A stretch of DNA of 60,730 nucleotides, filler included, from Sluysia triapertura (GCA_046118255.1; 5 parts of 5 records of this genome joined end to end with filler, not necessarily neighbours in it), one strand, 5' to 3'. Positions 38,823 to 52,700 are shown, counted from the whole stretch's first letter. Notes: generated by a model from the sequence alone, not told the origin. Numbers and translations are program-made.

Positions 38823-39859
38823 TGTAATATGGAGAGGTTATTATGTAATAATTAAAATGAGTGTGAATAATATAGTAATAATAATGAATAATAATAATAA
38901 TAATAATATGATAAAAATAATAAGAATAATAACAAAAATAAAGTACATAATAATAATATTAGAATTGTGATGATAAGAGTAATAATAATAATAATAAGAG
39001 AAATAGTATTAGGAATTAACGCATAAATCTTTATAAAGCTGCAAACATGATCTTTCTGTCTTTTCTTTAAAATATTTCTAAAACATAAAGTAATAAGGTG
39101 AAAGAAGAGCAATGTAGACAAAAGAGTGTGAAGTAGCAACTGTTGTGGATGTATAAAATGTTATTTGTAGTTGCTGCTTCACAGTGTAATGTTAAATTCT
39201 TTGAGGTAGTTTAAACTTATGTTCGAAAGTATTGTGATTAAGGTAGCAAAAGAAATACAAATGTTAAGATTAGTTTGTAGAAATTTGTTGAAAAGGTTTA
39301 TGGTTGGAAACAAGATTTATGCATTGAATTTAATAATTACAAATGTTTGTTGACAGGTTTAAGTTTGAAATGCTTGTTAAAAAGGTTGAAGTTAATTTGA
39401 TTTTTAGTGGTGGTTGCGAAATAATTTTTTACATGCTATGATGTTTTTACAAATGGTTATGGATGATGAGTATGGTTGTGTGACGTGGAATTAGACTGTT
39501 GTTGTTGATTATTGTTTTAGGTGGGATGATCTTTGTTTCTGAAATAGTTAATAAGAACATTTGAATGTTATTGTATTTGTGATTTGTGAAATTTGTGATA
39601 TGGTTCTGACTTATTTGATGAAGTGTTTGATGAATGGATGTTATGAATTATTTGGAGTGCCAGTAGTGGTTTATTGAGTTGTGAATGTTTGAGATAGAGA
39701 TTATTTCGTTGGTGAATGTAAGTTGGAAAAGTGTTATGATTGTGTATTGTTGTTTTATGCGGTGAATTGTGTGGTGATTATAGTTGCATAGTATGATTGT
39801 GATTAGAATTATTTTAGTGGAGTTGTTTTTAATCTTAACTTATGGGGTTGGCCACTACA
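38823..39859 (-). mobile_element. Complete ~1.04-kb LTR, TGTA...TACA
   Basis: Starts TGTAGTGGCCAAC and ends CCATATTACA. Homologous blocks are shared with 23229-24158 and 51488-52140. Confidence 0.75.
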
Positions 39860-40681
39860 AACGGCTGAAATTAAACAAAATTACCTTTATTTTGGTATTA
39901 AGCGGAATCATTTGTCACTGTAAACTAATAAATATAAATAGATCTAATTAATATCTCTTTGTAATCTAATGATTGGCCAAGTATCTCGTAAAAATTCGAT
40001 CAATTTCTCTTGATACGTTTTTTGCAACTTGTAATATGGTGTTATTATTGTTTCTTCCTTGGTATTTATACTCGATTTATCCTGTGTAAGTTCAGCCAAG
40101 TAAATTTATTGATGAGAAAATTATTGAATACAATTGTTTATTAGTGAATAAAATTATTGTCAATAACTAAAATACATATGATATTATTGATACACATAAC
40201 ATTATTGAAATTGTAAAATTGTTTAATTTCAGTCGCATATTTTTAGTCATTCAATTTTAAACAAAATTACATTAAATTATTATTAAATTTGTAAACTACA
40301 TTTTATTCTATTATTATGTTTCTTGAAAATTTTATTAAATTCTTCAAATTTATATTTAGACTTTTTACAAAATTATTAATCAAACTAATTTTTATTTTAT
40401 TACTTACAAAATTCATTTAATTATTAGATATGGCTCAGAAGTATTTTTACTATTTTTGCGTTAACTAAATTTTATTCACAGATTTTATATAATTTTAAAT
40501 ATAAATTTACATAATAATTAATATCAGATGAAATAATCATAATTTTGGCTCACAAATTGTTATATAATTTAGATAAGTAATTTAAACTCACTACAGTTCC
40601 ATTTCAATTATTTGATTAAGTTTCAGCATGCAAACATTAACATTTGACCATAACTTTTAATTCAAGCATTCGAAATCTTAA

Positions 40682-41199
40682 CCCTTTCGGTAGGATCGGT
40701 ACTCATTTGTATCATCTACAACCATAAGTAACTGAATCGTACTTAATTTAATAAGCGACTGTTCGGATTGTTGCACGCCGTAATTCTATCCTTTCCCGAT
40801 ACAATACTGGAGTTTTCAGCCGATTTATGCTTACATTTATTTTCTTGTATGAAGCACGTTGTAATTACTTTGAGGTTACTACCGTGTTATTGCACATTTA
40901 TTTGCAATTCCAATTAATCATAATCATACTTCAAATTAATACAGATCCTCATTTTAGCAAAATCAAGTAATTTGTTACATTATATAATTTATTACATGTG
41001 ATACATATATTTACCATTCCTTATATTGAGTGATATAGATGTATACCACTAGTACTAAGGAAACAAAACATAAATTATCTTTACACTTGCTGTATTTTTT
41101 AACATCTCCTCTTTGAAAAAGGTGCTGACTGTTTGTTTTAGAATAAAATAACATTACACATCTAAATTTAAACTGATAACCGCCATATTTATAAAAGGG
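40682..41199. mobile_element. piggyBac-type non-autonomous element
   Basis: TTAA-CCCTTT ... AAAGGG-TTAA ends; the TIR match is only ~6 bp. Confidence 0.5.
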
Positions 41200-41858
41200 T
41201 TAATATTTATTTATCTTAGATACGGTTCATCATCAAATTTAACATTAAACATTCGATAATACTTTTATTTTATTACTTTAATATAATATTAGAAATTCGT
41301 TGCTCAAAAATTATTCGTCCAATAAAATCGCTTTAGATTATTAACTCTTTTCAATCTAAATTGAATCCGAAAAACAGATGTCCTGGAAATTTTTTTTGTC
41401 TAAAATTGTAATATAAGATAAATTATCTCACTTAAGATTTATTAATAATAAATATACAATGACAATGTGATTTAGATGAAAATCAAACAAACCACTCATA
41501 ATTTGCCGTAATAAAATTTAATTTATTACTTCAATTTATTAATTTAATTATTAAAGTATCAATTAGGATATTATACAAATACCCGTTTATGTCAATCAAA
41601 ATACATGATCCCAATGTACATAAAATATTTATAAGTCAATCAACTATTGAGACCAAATCTTTATAAATTAGTTAACTTCTAAAACCAAACAATAATCTTA
41701 TTCTATAATAACGCATATATTTTCTACAGTTAATTCTATTCTAATATATTAATTTACTACTACTACTACTACAACTACAAGTCATTCAACTATTAAATTA
41801 ACAATTATCATCTTATTAAGTTACGTCAGACTCGCCAATTAATCATTATTGTTGAAAT

Positions 41859-41859
<1 letters not shown>

Positions 41860-41910
<51 letters not shown>

Positions 41911-41940
41911 GCTGATGCTGCTACTACTAATAATAATAAT
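41860..41940. repeat. (TAC)n microsatellite grading into (TAA)n
   Basis: Directly visible. Confidence 0.95.
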
Positions 41941-43419
41941 CATATACTAGACTGATTGTACTAAACCATATTAAATTGAATTGATAAATAAACATTTTAA
42001 AAATATATTTCTATATTTAACATTTTATATATGTTATTTAATATTTTTACGTCTATATTTTACAATAATACTTTAACTTGTATTTTAATAATATTCTATA
42101 TAGCATAAAAATTGATTGTAAATTATTAAAATTAATTTATCTGAATTTGTCGTGTATTCGATATAATACACAGTTTGCCAATTGTCTCAGAGGCCGATTT
42201 GGTTCTTATGATTTTTCTGGATAGAAGCATATATATTGTTAAATTTTAACTAGCATTGATTACGACAATTCAGACTTAAGTTAACTGAATTTAGTTATAA
42301 TATTTATAATATATTTCTAGTTTATCTTAAATTATTTAATAAATGTCGCAATACTCTAATAAAAATAGAATTATTTAAATTTATATCTTTACATAAAATA
42401 ATAATTTGTTGAACAATTAAAAGATTAACTTAAAAAGTCGGTTTTACTTTATTTTGCAAAATTATATTTTTTGCAAGAAATTATCAAATATTTGGTATTG
42501 AAATTATAATGAGACTACGACAAGGGCGAAATTAATAAATCTAAATATTTTTCAATAATCTTGAAATAAAATTACGCATAAAAGTAGATTTAAAATATTT
42601 TGATAACAAAAACATCTAAAAATATCCAAAAATCAAAAAATAAACTAAAGAAACATACCAAAAGTGTAACGTAAAAAACTAATTTTACTAAAATGCAATG
42701 AAGCACAAACTAACAAATAATTTCAAAATAAATGTGAATATGACCGTATGGCAGAAAATTAAAATAAGTAAAATTGACCGTATTATCACGACATAGGGCA
42801 TTCAATCAATTATGAAAAAAATTTCAAATATTTCTGGGTATAATATTTATATTTATTTATAATCATTGTTTCTATAACTAATTTTGCTAAAATTAGAATA
42901 TTTACTACAATTATAATTTTCAATTCATTAATCAACAAAGTTATTGATATTTATTTTAAATACATTAGTAAAATTAAATTATTTGTGAAATAATGTATAA
43001 TGAATATATTATTTATTGTGCGTTACAAATAATTAACATTACAGTTTCAGTAATTTTTACTAGAAAAAATGCAATTACTGAACGAATTAATTTGCTCATA
43101 AAAAATTAATAAGGAAATTATTGCATTTTCACTCAACATTAATTTGTCTTAAAAATTAAATTTATACAAATTTTATTAATTTCAAATCTATTTATAAAAA
43201 CTTTATTTTGTACCACGACATCTGATTGTCTCATTGGTTAAATATAAAATTTTATGAAACAATATAAAAAGAGTTGATAAGCATTAGCACATTTAATTAT
43301 GATGGTTTTGTAACATTAGAATTTGAAGATTTAAAATGATGAAAAATTAAAATGACTAAAGAAGGTAGATGATCTAAATGATCAAAAAAATCAAAATCGA
43401 ATTCTTTCTCGTGATCATA

Positions 43420-44304
43420 CATTGGTGTGAAAAAGTATTGATACATCTTAATTATAGTGAATATTTTCTATTTAACTCATTAATATGAGTCTTAAGCCTC
43501 ATTTTATAATAGAACAGTGTTTTAAGCACTTGGTATTAATTTTGGAATTAACTGAAAACTTTGATTAGGGATGTAAACTTGATGTAAAAACAAAATTCAT
43601 TTGTAAGATAGGAGAAAAAAGTAATTAATATAATTCTGTTATGCTATTTTACTGATGCCGAAGTCAAAAAAAGCCAACGGTAATGCTTCAAAACCGAGAG
43701 TTAAGTATTCGAAGGATTTCAGGCATTTAATATTCTACCTGGATTTTATTTACATATTTTATTCAGAACAATTATTGGTTTCCTTTTCGACAGTTCAAAT
43801 AATCCTTAAAATGTACAAGGAGACCGAATCAGTCCAAAATATGCCAAGAATTGGCAGACCATATATTCTACTGAGAGGTAGACTTAATACATGATCCCGC
43901 AGTTGGATCAAAAAAGCTGGTGCCGGTGTAAAACATCAGTTAAAAATATGTTGCATACTAATAAGATGCAGCATTTAGAGCTTCCGGATTTACAAAAAAG
44001 CATCTGCTGACGAGATAAGCGAAAAAGAAAGTATATCAAGAAGGATACGTCATTTTGGAGCAACTTTTGTTTGTTTGGTGACGAGTCGGCACACATGTAT
44101 CCGGAGATTGTTATGTGCCAAGTTAATTGAGAAATGTGTCACTTCACCCAAGAATCCACTCTATGATGATATAGGGTAGGTGGGATTTTTGTTGCGAATG
44201 AAGTCTGGTAACTAAATTAAATGTCTTGAAAAAAATGATGTCAACTGCAAGGGAACTCTATGGGGATTTCCAATTTGTTATTGACATACTTTTTCATACC
44301 AATG
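43420..44304 (+). mobile_element. Internally deleted Tc1-like transposon with both TIRs and TA target duplication
   Basis: TA-CATTGGTGTGAAAAAGTAT ... ATACTTTTTCATACCAATG-TA. HTH remnant SFSTVQIILKMYKETESVQNMPRIGRP and catalytic-region W..FCLFGDES. Confidence 0.92.
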
Positions 44305-46527
44305 TAAATGTAAAGATCAACTTAAATTTTGGTTTATGTATTTTTTACTTATTTTTTTAGTATGTGACAAGTGAAAATTTTATTCTTAATTTTAAATGGT
44401 TTATCATTTCAAAGTAAATAGATAATTTTGTCAAAACTTTATAGTGTGAAATATTTTCATTCGCTTTAATAAAATCTTATTAAATTTCTTTTCCAGCAAT
44501 AAATTTCTATGTCCACATTTGTAAAAAAGTTGTTAGGATGTTAAAGCATGTGTAAAATGTTAAATAAATTTGTTTTATTGCTACAAGCAATTTTAATTTA
44601 TTGCAAGTTGTTAATTTGACATATTTTTAAATTTAAAATAAAGTGGCATAAATTAAAATTTTAATAAACATACAAAATAAATAAGAAGAAAACAGACAAT
44701 TAAATAAAATTTTAGAATCAACAAAGCTAAGTTGTAATATTTGCTTTACTAAGTCAAAATTCATTGCATTTTGAATGACACTTATAAAAAAAGTTGCGTA
44801 ACATTCTATTGATTCTATTGAATAAGATTAAAAAGTATCATAATAAATGAAGTACTGAAAATTTGTGATGATTATATATTGGATTATTGGAGAAATGAAG
44901 TCAGAAAAAAATGGCCACAAAGTAGAAATTTATACAAAATAGAAAAAAATTTGAGACAGATCATATGTGAACACTAAGATGAAACCACTGGTTAGAGAGT
45001 TTATTAGGTGACACCATTAAGATTGAACATTCGATAAAAGAGACTAGAACAAAACAAGGTATCTAATGCAAAAATATTCGAATTATATAATAATATAACA
45101 CATTAATGAAATATTCGTACATTATATTTTGATAAGTTTTGATACAAAAAATTAAAATATAATATATAAAAGAAAAAGCAAAAGCAAATGATTAAATATA
45201 AATAAAAATATGAAATAATATAATTATATTAAATCTCTCAATCACAACAAACCTTATTTTCACTGATAATTGATTCATAACTTACATTTTGCAAATTTCA
45301 GAGTTTTACCAGGTTGGTTTACATAGTTTTGGACAGCAACAACAATTCGTTCATGAAAAAATTGATATTTTCTTTCATTATGTATTTCCTGTTTTGGTAT
45401 GCAACTACGTCAATTTATGACAGTTCAAGTTCGTTATAAATCATCAAACAAATAGCACACCGTAGGTTGTTTTGGAGACATTTCAGTGACAATATTTGTA
45501 AGGTTTCAAAAGAGCATCTTTAGCCCAGATTACGCCTCAAAGGTAGGGTAATTAAAAATGTAAAAATATTGCTATAAGGTTCTCCATATGAAAAAATTAT
45601 AGCATTCACATGATAAAACTTGTTAACATAATTTACAAAACAAAATCTAAAGCTGCTAACCATTTTATATTTATTTATGCCAATATTACTTTTAAACTAC
45701 TGTTTCAGATCAACCTAATTAATCCATCGATTCAGACATTGCGAGCTGCAATCTTGCAAGCCTATTCAAAATAAACCATCTTTTCGAGATAGTAACTGAG
45801 ATATTAAGTGAAACAAAATTTCGAACATTTTGTCATGCGTTCAGTGATTATTCTTTTTGAGAAGATGTACACTTTTTACCTTTAAATGCCAAATACATAA
45901 TTGCCAAAACATTTAAAGTATTTTACAGAATATACCAAATCCAATAATGTCATTAGTTAGTTTATTTATCTGTTGAGAATCTTCCAAAACCAAAATGTGT
46001 CTGTTATTGGCTGCTAATTTAGATAAAGAGATCCAACAATTTTCGGAGTTGTTTCAATTTCATTTTATCCTTCAATTATTACTATTGAGGATTTTGTTTT
46101 TAATTTTTGAGGGAAATTATCTTGGTATTTTTTTTGTCTTCATAAACGAAAGGCAGCAAAATGAATTAAAATGTTTACATCTTCATTTTAGGATGTCGTT
46201 TTTCTTAATCACATCCTTTGCATATGAGAGGTGATTTTCTTTTACGAAATTTTGAAATCTCCATGCTGAGAAAAATACACAAAGAAATGTGAAATATGCG
46301 AATTATAGCAGCTTCGTTTGGTTCTTATGTCTGTGCTAATATTTTGACCATTATAAAAAATAACAATTACCACCAGTAGTTTTAATAAAGAAATACAAAT
46401 ATTCTTTAATTTTGTTTTTTCTATGAAGTCTGTAAATATTAAGAATTATGTGAAGTAGTATTGTTGGTTTCAGCTTTACCTTCACACTTTCTGCAACCAC
46501 TCAAATTTTGATGTGAAAATCCAAAAT

Positions 46528-46530
<3 letters not shown>

Positions 46531-46583
<53 letters not shown>
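46531..46583. repeat. (AAT)n microsatellite
   Basis: Directly visible. Confidence 0.95.
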
Positions 46584-46585
<2 letters not shown>

Positions 46586-49484
46586 ATTATTTTTTTATTT
46601 GTAATACTTAATCTTGAATACTTTTTGAGAGTAAATAATTTTTTTCCTTTTTCGTTGTTAGTGGTGAAAATAAAAGTTAAAGCTTAAAATATCAAAATCA
46701 AGTTATCGACCTTCAAACTTGACAAGCATGGAAAATACGAATGATTTTATTTTCTCTTAATCTATTCCTAATTTCATTTTGAGAATAAAAATAAAAACCA
46801 TTCCCTTTAATCCATTTAAACCATTTAAACTGTGAGTCAACGAAACACAAAATTTTGTTTTTATCATAAAGTCTTTATAAAATTTTACTGCATTTAACTT
46901 CTTAACATGAATCGCAATTTTCGAAAATAGCCCAAAAGACAGTTTTCTTATTGTGATTTTTTGACTTCCAATATTTCCTCAACATTGACGGAGTTCTATT
47001 CGTCTGTGATCATAATATGACGTAAATACTGCTTGATATGTTTTAATAAAATGAATTTTTATCTACATGATAATATAATGTATATAATAGTGACTGTAAG
47101 AAATTAATAACTTGCTGTATTTTTCTTAAATTTAGCAGGGTTCTAATAATAAAATTTAGTTACAGTAAACGTTTTACAATTTATAGTTGGCGCTTCTGCA
47201 ACTTGATAAGTTAACTATATTCACTTAAAAATGGATTTAGTACGTTTCTAATGATTTTTAAGAGAGTCTTAACTTTAAATAACACAATAAAGAAAAACTC
47301 AATTATTTTTAATTATATTAAACTAAATGCAAGGTTAGAATAAACTAGAACACAAAATTTATACAATAGAAACAATAAAAATAAAATTTTGAATATTATT
47401 TTAAGATCAAAATCCTCCTGTGATATTTAATCTCTTTTTTTAAAATTTATGTGAAAGTTTCCCCTCAATATATCAGGGTTCTTACACTATTAGAATTAAA
47501 TCACCTTAAAACAAAATAATTTACCCTCATGGAATAAAATAAAATTAGCTTTAAATGTTAACATGAAAGATACGAATAAATATCCATAAATATGCAAGTA
47601 CATTTAATGTTCATGGAAGAATCAGCTATAAAGATTAACATTAAAGAGAAATACATGAGTAAGTGTAATATTCAATTAGGAAATTTTATATAATTTTACT
47701 ACATTTAATAATATTAGGATAAATGTTAAAATTTCTTTTAAAAAGATATTTTCATTGCTTAATGATTTTATAATGATTTCGGTTTAAAATTATTTGAGAA
47801 ATCAATATTATTTTATTATTTTATTGTGGCTCTTATTATAAATTAAATAATTATTATTTTATTGCGAATCTTATTTTATCCATTTTGTGTAATTATTTGT
47901 TGTAATACTGTAATAAATCTTTAGAGACTTAATTAACGGTTAGACTTATATGGAGAAATCAGGTTTAGAATTTAAAATTCATAAGCATTTCCATCTTTCA
48001 TATCAAGTAAAACAAGTAGAACAACGACTCTTCAGTTAAACATATTAATCATAATAATATTTTAATTAAATGCAAACTGATAATTGTTGATTTATTATTA
48101 ATTAATTTGAAGTAAACGCTTACTTATAAAACTTAAAATGAAGTAAGAGTCGATTAGGTTAAAGAGAATAACGTTGACAAGTAAATACATACATTTAAAT
48201 AGATTGTAAATTAAATTAATGCGATGTGTATATTTGATCAATTTGCTGGGTGTTTTCTTAATAAGAGAACTTAACCCGCAGCAAAATAAATTCTTATTTC
48301 GAGTCCGTTTACAGTATAAGACTTACTAATGGCGTACCTGTAAAAATTACGTGAAAACAATTCAACAGATTAACTATATAAAAATACTCCTTGCCATGAC
48401 TTAAACAAAAATCGTCGATTATGTCAACAAATAACTGAATAACTTTTGAAATATAAAGATAGCAACGACCAACTCGGGCGTCTGTATTTAAGTCTATGTA
48501 AGAATAAGGTTAAGGTTAACAATATTCGTATAAAAACGAATTACTCTTTTACCATTAACACTTCAATTATTTATTAAGTCTTATAATAATCGTGAATTTT
48601 AAAATTTGTACGTGATATTTTATAGAAACTATCAATAAGTTAGTTTTTCGATTCTCTAAAAAATTGATTAGTTTACATTGTAATTAAAGTACTTCCAATA
48701 AAAAATTTATCTAATTTTAAATTTATTGCGATATAAAGAAGGTAAGTTTGACTTATGTTACAAATTTAACGCAAAAAAAATTACAATAAGTTAAAACTCA
48801 AAAATGTCTAAATTTTATTATACTACAAATTTAATAAACTTAATAAATTTAAAATAAAACAACTATACATTTATTAAAATGAGAACACAAGTAACTTAAT
48901 TTAAATAATAAAAAGTATGTGCAGATTTTTCTGAAACTGTTACAATTATAATATTATTAAATTTTCTGGGTCCACCTGTAATATACGATTTATGTCGTAC
49001 GAAGACTTATTCACAGGATATCAAATATCAAAAAACTATGATAAGGATTCCTTAAATCTTTCAGGTATTTAATTATCTCAATAATTAAGTTCAATGTTTA
49101 CTTTTAATCTAACTTATTGATCACTTAATTTTAATTTTAATTATAATTAATCAATTAATTCACTAGAAAATCAATTAATTCTAACAACTATTAATTACTT
49201 AAAGATTAATCAATTATTCGATAATTATCTTTGATCTAGCTCTTCCTTTCATTGCTTTATAATTTTAACTTAGTATTCTTTATTTAAATAGTTAATTCTG
49301 TAACTTTTGGAAGGTCTTTTATTTCTTTTCTTTTTAATAAATTCTCTTGTAATAAAATCACGTATGAAAAACAAAGTATCTATTCAAGGTTAACAAAGAA
49401 AATGATCAAATACAAATATAGAAGATACAATAATATATATATATATATATATAAAGTTTAGGATTACTCCTTAATTAATAATTC

Positions 49485-49584
49485 NNNNNNNNNNNNNNNN
49501 NNNNNNNNNNNNNNNNNNNNNNNNNNNNTTAATTAATTAANNNNNNNNNNNNNNNNNNNNNNNNNNNNNNNNNNNNNNNNNNNN
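49485..49584. other. Artificial assembly linker N44-TTAATTAATTAA-N44
   Basis: Same 100-nt structure as the other linkers. Confidence 0.97.
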
Positions 49585-49859
49585 AGTTATTCAAAATGAA
49601 AAGATTCTTAAACTCGGGCGATTAAATGGTGTAGGAGGTATATGGTTTGGTTGATTTAAGAATATAAAGATTTTTGTTATGAAGACTTACCTTTTATATT
49701 AATTATGTAATCCTTGTTTTTTAAATTTATTAATTCAAATTTAAAGTTGTTAGCTAACTTTATCTTTAGAGCTCGAATAAGAAAAAATGTAGACTTCAAA
49801 TTATATATATTTTTACTAAATTTGAAATTGAAAATAAGGATATAATTATTGAGCAGGCT

Positions 49860-51029
49860 GCATTTCGTATATTTCACCATGTCTTCATCAAGTTGCAGTA
49901 TCCTAAGACAACAAATCAAAATTAGTTCATACATGAATATAAAAATTCCTGATTACTTTAATGTTTTTGTCTTTTACTTCTTCATTGAATTGTGCTTCAC
50001 TGAGAACTTCATGGTACTTCCTTTTACATGTTGAATCGCTGGTTGTGTTGCCGAAGAGTACTGTTTCTATGAGGTTCTGTATACGCTCATAATGATCATT
50101 GAATAGCAATATATTGGTGCTGAGATATATTGATACAAGGTATGGTAGAATTTACAGGATGAACCAAATTTGATGCATCGTCCTGCCTCACTGGATTGAA
50201 ATGGACATTATAAAAATCTAATTGGGTTCCGATTTGCTTGAATTGGAGTGAAATTGTTTATTGACATTGTTTAAATAAATTATTAGTGATCATGATACTG
50301 CTGGTTTCTTCAATGTGTCTAGGAATGACCATTGGGAAATAAAGAAGACTAATATTGATAAATTTATTCGTGGTTTCACCGTAAGCATGAGACGTAACTG
50401 CTTTCATATATAGTTTTATATTCGATATATTTCCAATTACTCTTGAATCGTTTGACAGTTGTGTTGTCATTAATAGCTTTATCATATTTCTTGTTAATCT
50501 TTCATTTACAATTAATATAACATTGTCTTGCTTATCAACCGACAAAATGGATCCATTATCTTCTTTCCTTGAGTGGTTGACAGTTTGTGTTACTTCTACC
50601 TTACTTACAATTAATATATCATTATCATCATAATTTTTCTCATCTAATAAAATGTCATGTATACAAATGATTCCTTTGTCTAATGCGGATTGATCAGAAT
50701 CTTGTTTACGTACATATACAACTTTACCCTTATCATTGTTGTAAGTTTGCGAAAAAATCTTTTGAGGGATCAAACTAAACTATTCACTACAAAGAATAAT
50801 GTTATAGGCACTAGTGGCCATGGATCACTGTAATTTAAGAAGCACATTGTATAGAATCTTTTAAAATGCGTCATTGATGCTGATAAAGTTTGTTGTTGAA
50901 CACTAAGCCGATCACCCAATAGAAAGATAACATCATCAAAGATTTTCATGAATTTTGATATTCCTCTACATCAACTAATTCACCAATATAGTTTTGACAA
51001 TTTTTCAATACAATATGTTTATTAGACAT
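49860..51029 (-). pseudogene. Decayed LTR-associated ORF with CCCH zinc finger
   Basis: Pieces in order: KIFDDVIFLLGDRLSVQQQTL, ORF 50258-50773, CPFQSSEAGRCIKFGSSCKFYH (50142-50207), LFNDHYERIQNLIETV. Lies downstream of LTR 51488-52140. Confidence 0.7.
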
Positions 51030-51487
51030 TTAGAAATATTAAAGTTGAAAAGAAACTAAATCGAAATTTTTAATCTTTTTCTTTTGTAAGTTATAATTTT
51101 TTAAACTATGAATGATAATTTATTAAAATTCATGATTCTGTTTAAAGTACTGATAAAAAAGTATGATAATTAATTTTTGGTATCGATCATAGTTTTCCTG
51201 TGATTTTTTAAACAACAATATTATAGTACTTTTAACTTTTACTATTGTAATGGCAAATCATGCAGTAAACTCAGCTACTATTGGGCCTCCAATCAGAACA
51301 ATAAATGTCACTGTAATAAAATAACATTGATTGGACGTCCAATCAAACTGACAAACATTTATATTACGAATAACGGTGCGTAGCAACTGCACTTTATGGT
51401 AAATGAGTAAATGGAACTCTCAACAATGACAGTTGTAAATGATTCAATTTTGATGCTACAAAGACGGATAGGACCAGTCGTTGATGA

Positions 51488-52140
51488 TGTTACTGAGATA
51501 AACTGTTGATAAATACTGGTAAACCAATAATAATAATAATAAAATGGCTAAAATAATAATATTAATAATAATAACAGAAACAAAATGAAATGCATAAACT
51601 TTTCTAATGTCTTTTGTTCTTAACATGATCTTTTCTTTAAAAAATATAAAAGTATTTCTTAACATAAAAATTTCTTGAGATAAAATTAATAAAATTCTTT
51701 TCTTTCATTACTTAAGTTCGTATCATTTATTTTCTTCTAGAGTTCTTTTAAAAAAATGATTCAAATGAAGTTCTTTTTGAATTAAAATAACTTTAATGTA
51801 TGAGTTTAATGTTTTTCGATTATATAAAATATTGAATATTAAAAGATTGTGAACTTTAAATGTTTTGGGTTAATTTTGAAGTAGATATTTGATGATTTAA
51901 GATATAATTGTGGTTCTAATGTTATGGGATAATGAATAAAATGTTTTAAATGAATTTTTTAATGAACATTGATGGTTTTGAATGTAAGTATAGTTTGGAT
52001 GTTGAAAGATTGTGAATTTAAATGTTTTAAAGTATGAAAAGGTTCTAATAGATATGAGTAGGTAAAAATGTAAAGTGTTAAAACATGTGATATTGCGAAT
52101 AAAAATTAATTTGAATTTCAAATTAAGGTTGGCCACCACA
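51488..52140 (-). mobile_element. ~650-bp LTR with downstream PBS-like TGGTCC
   Basis: Starts TGTGGTGGCCAAC and ends CAGTAACA; contains aaagatcatgt and tttatgcattt like the other LTRs. TGGTCCTATCCG begins 11 nt downstream. Confidence 0.65.
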
Positions 52141-52700
52141 AATGTAAATTATAGTCCTATTATATTAAATAAAATTTCATTAAATGAATTATTAACTATT
52201 AACCAAAGTAATGCTGTGTTTATGATCATCAAAGACCATGTAATTGTACAAAATCATATTGTTTAAAGTTACATTGTGTATGCTCTGCTCGAAATAAAGT
52301 ACATGTAAATTGTAACCACATCAATCGTATGAACAATTTGACTCATGAAAATAATCATTTGACTACTCTATCGAAGATTTTGCGTAAAGATCCAATGTCA
52401 TGTGCACTTAAAATAGATTCTGGACAACAACAAGAGGAGCATTATAAGTGATGTGATTGTAAACGATCAGAACGTCGAGTGAGTGTCGAGAAGTTGAAGA
52501 TAACGAAAACAAACACTACAAGACAGTTGGTGAGTGTACCAGATACGGCAAAGATTGCAGATATTGTCACGGAGTTTTCGAATTCCAAAATGATTTTAGT
52601 TATTCGTCAAATTACAATGACCACCACGATAGAATGAAGTCCCTCTTATCAACCTTTGGAATCACATTAGATGTGCTAAATTTGTCTATTAATGATACTG
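52141..52700 (+). pseudogene. Third decayed copy of the CCCH-finger ORF family
   Basis: LLTINQSNAVFMIIKD, then GECTRYGKDCRYCH (52529-52570) and YNDHHDRMKSLLSTF. Confidence 0.65.

Noticed and set aside
45280-46270. Minus-strand coding-like remnants including LRCAICLMIY (RING-like start)
   Set aside because: The remaining RING ligands are not recoverable and there are many stops; no supportable assignment.
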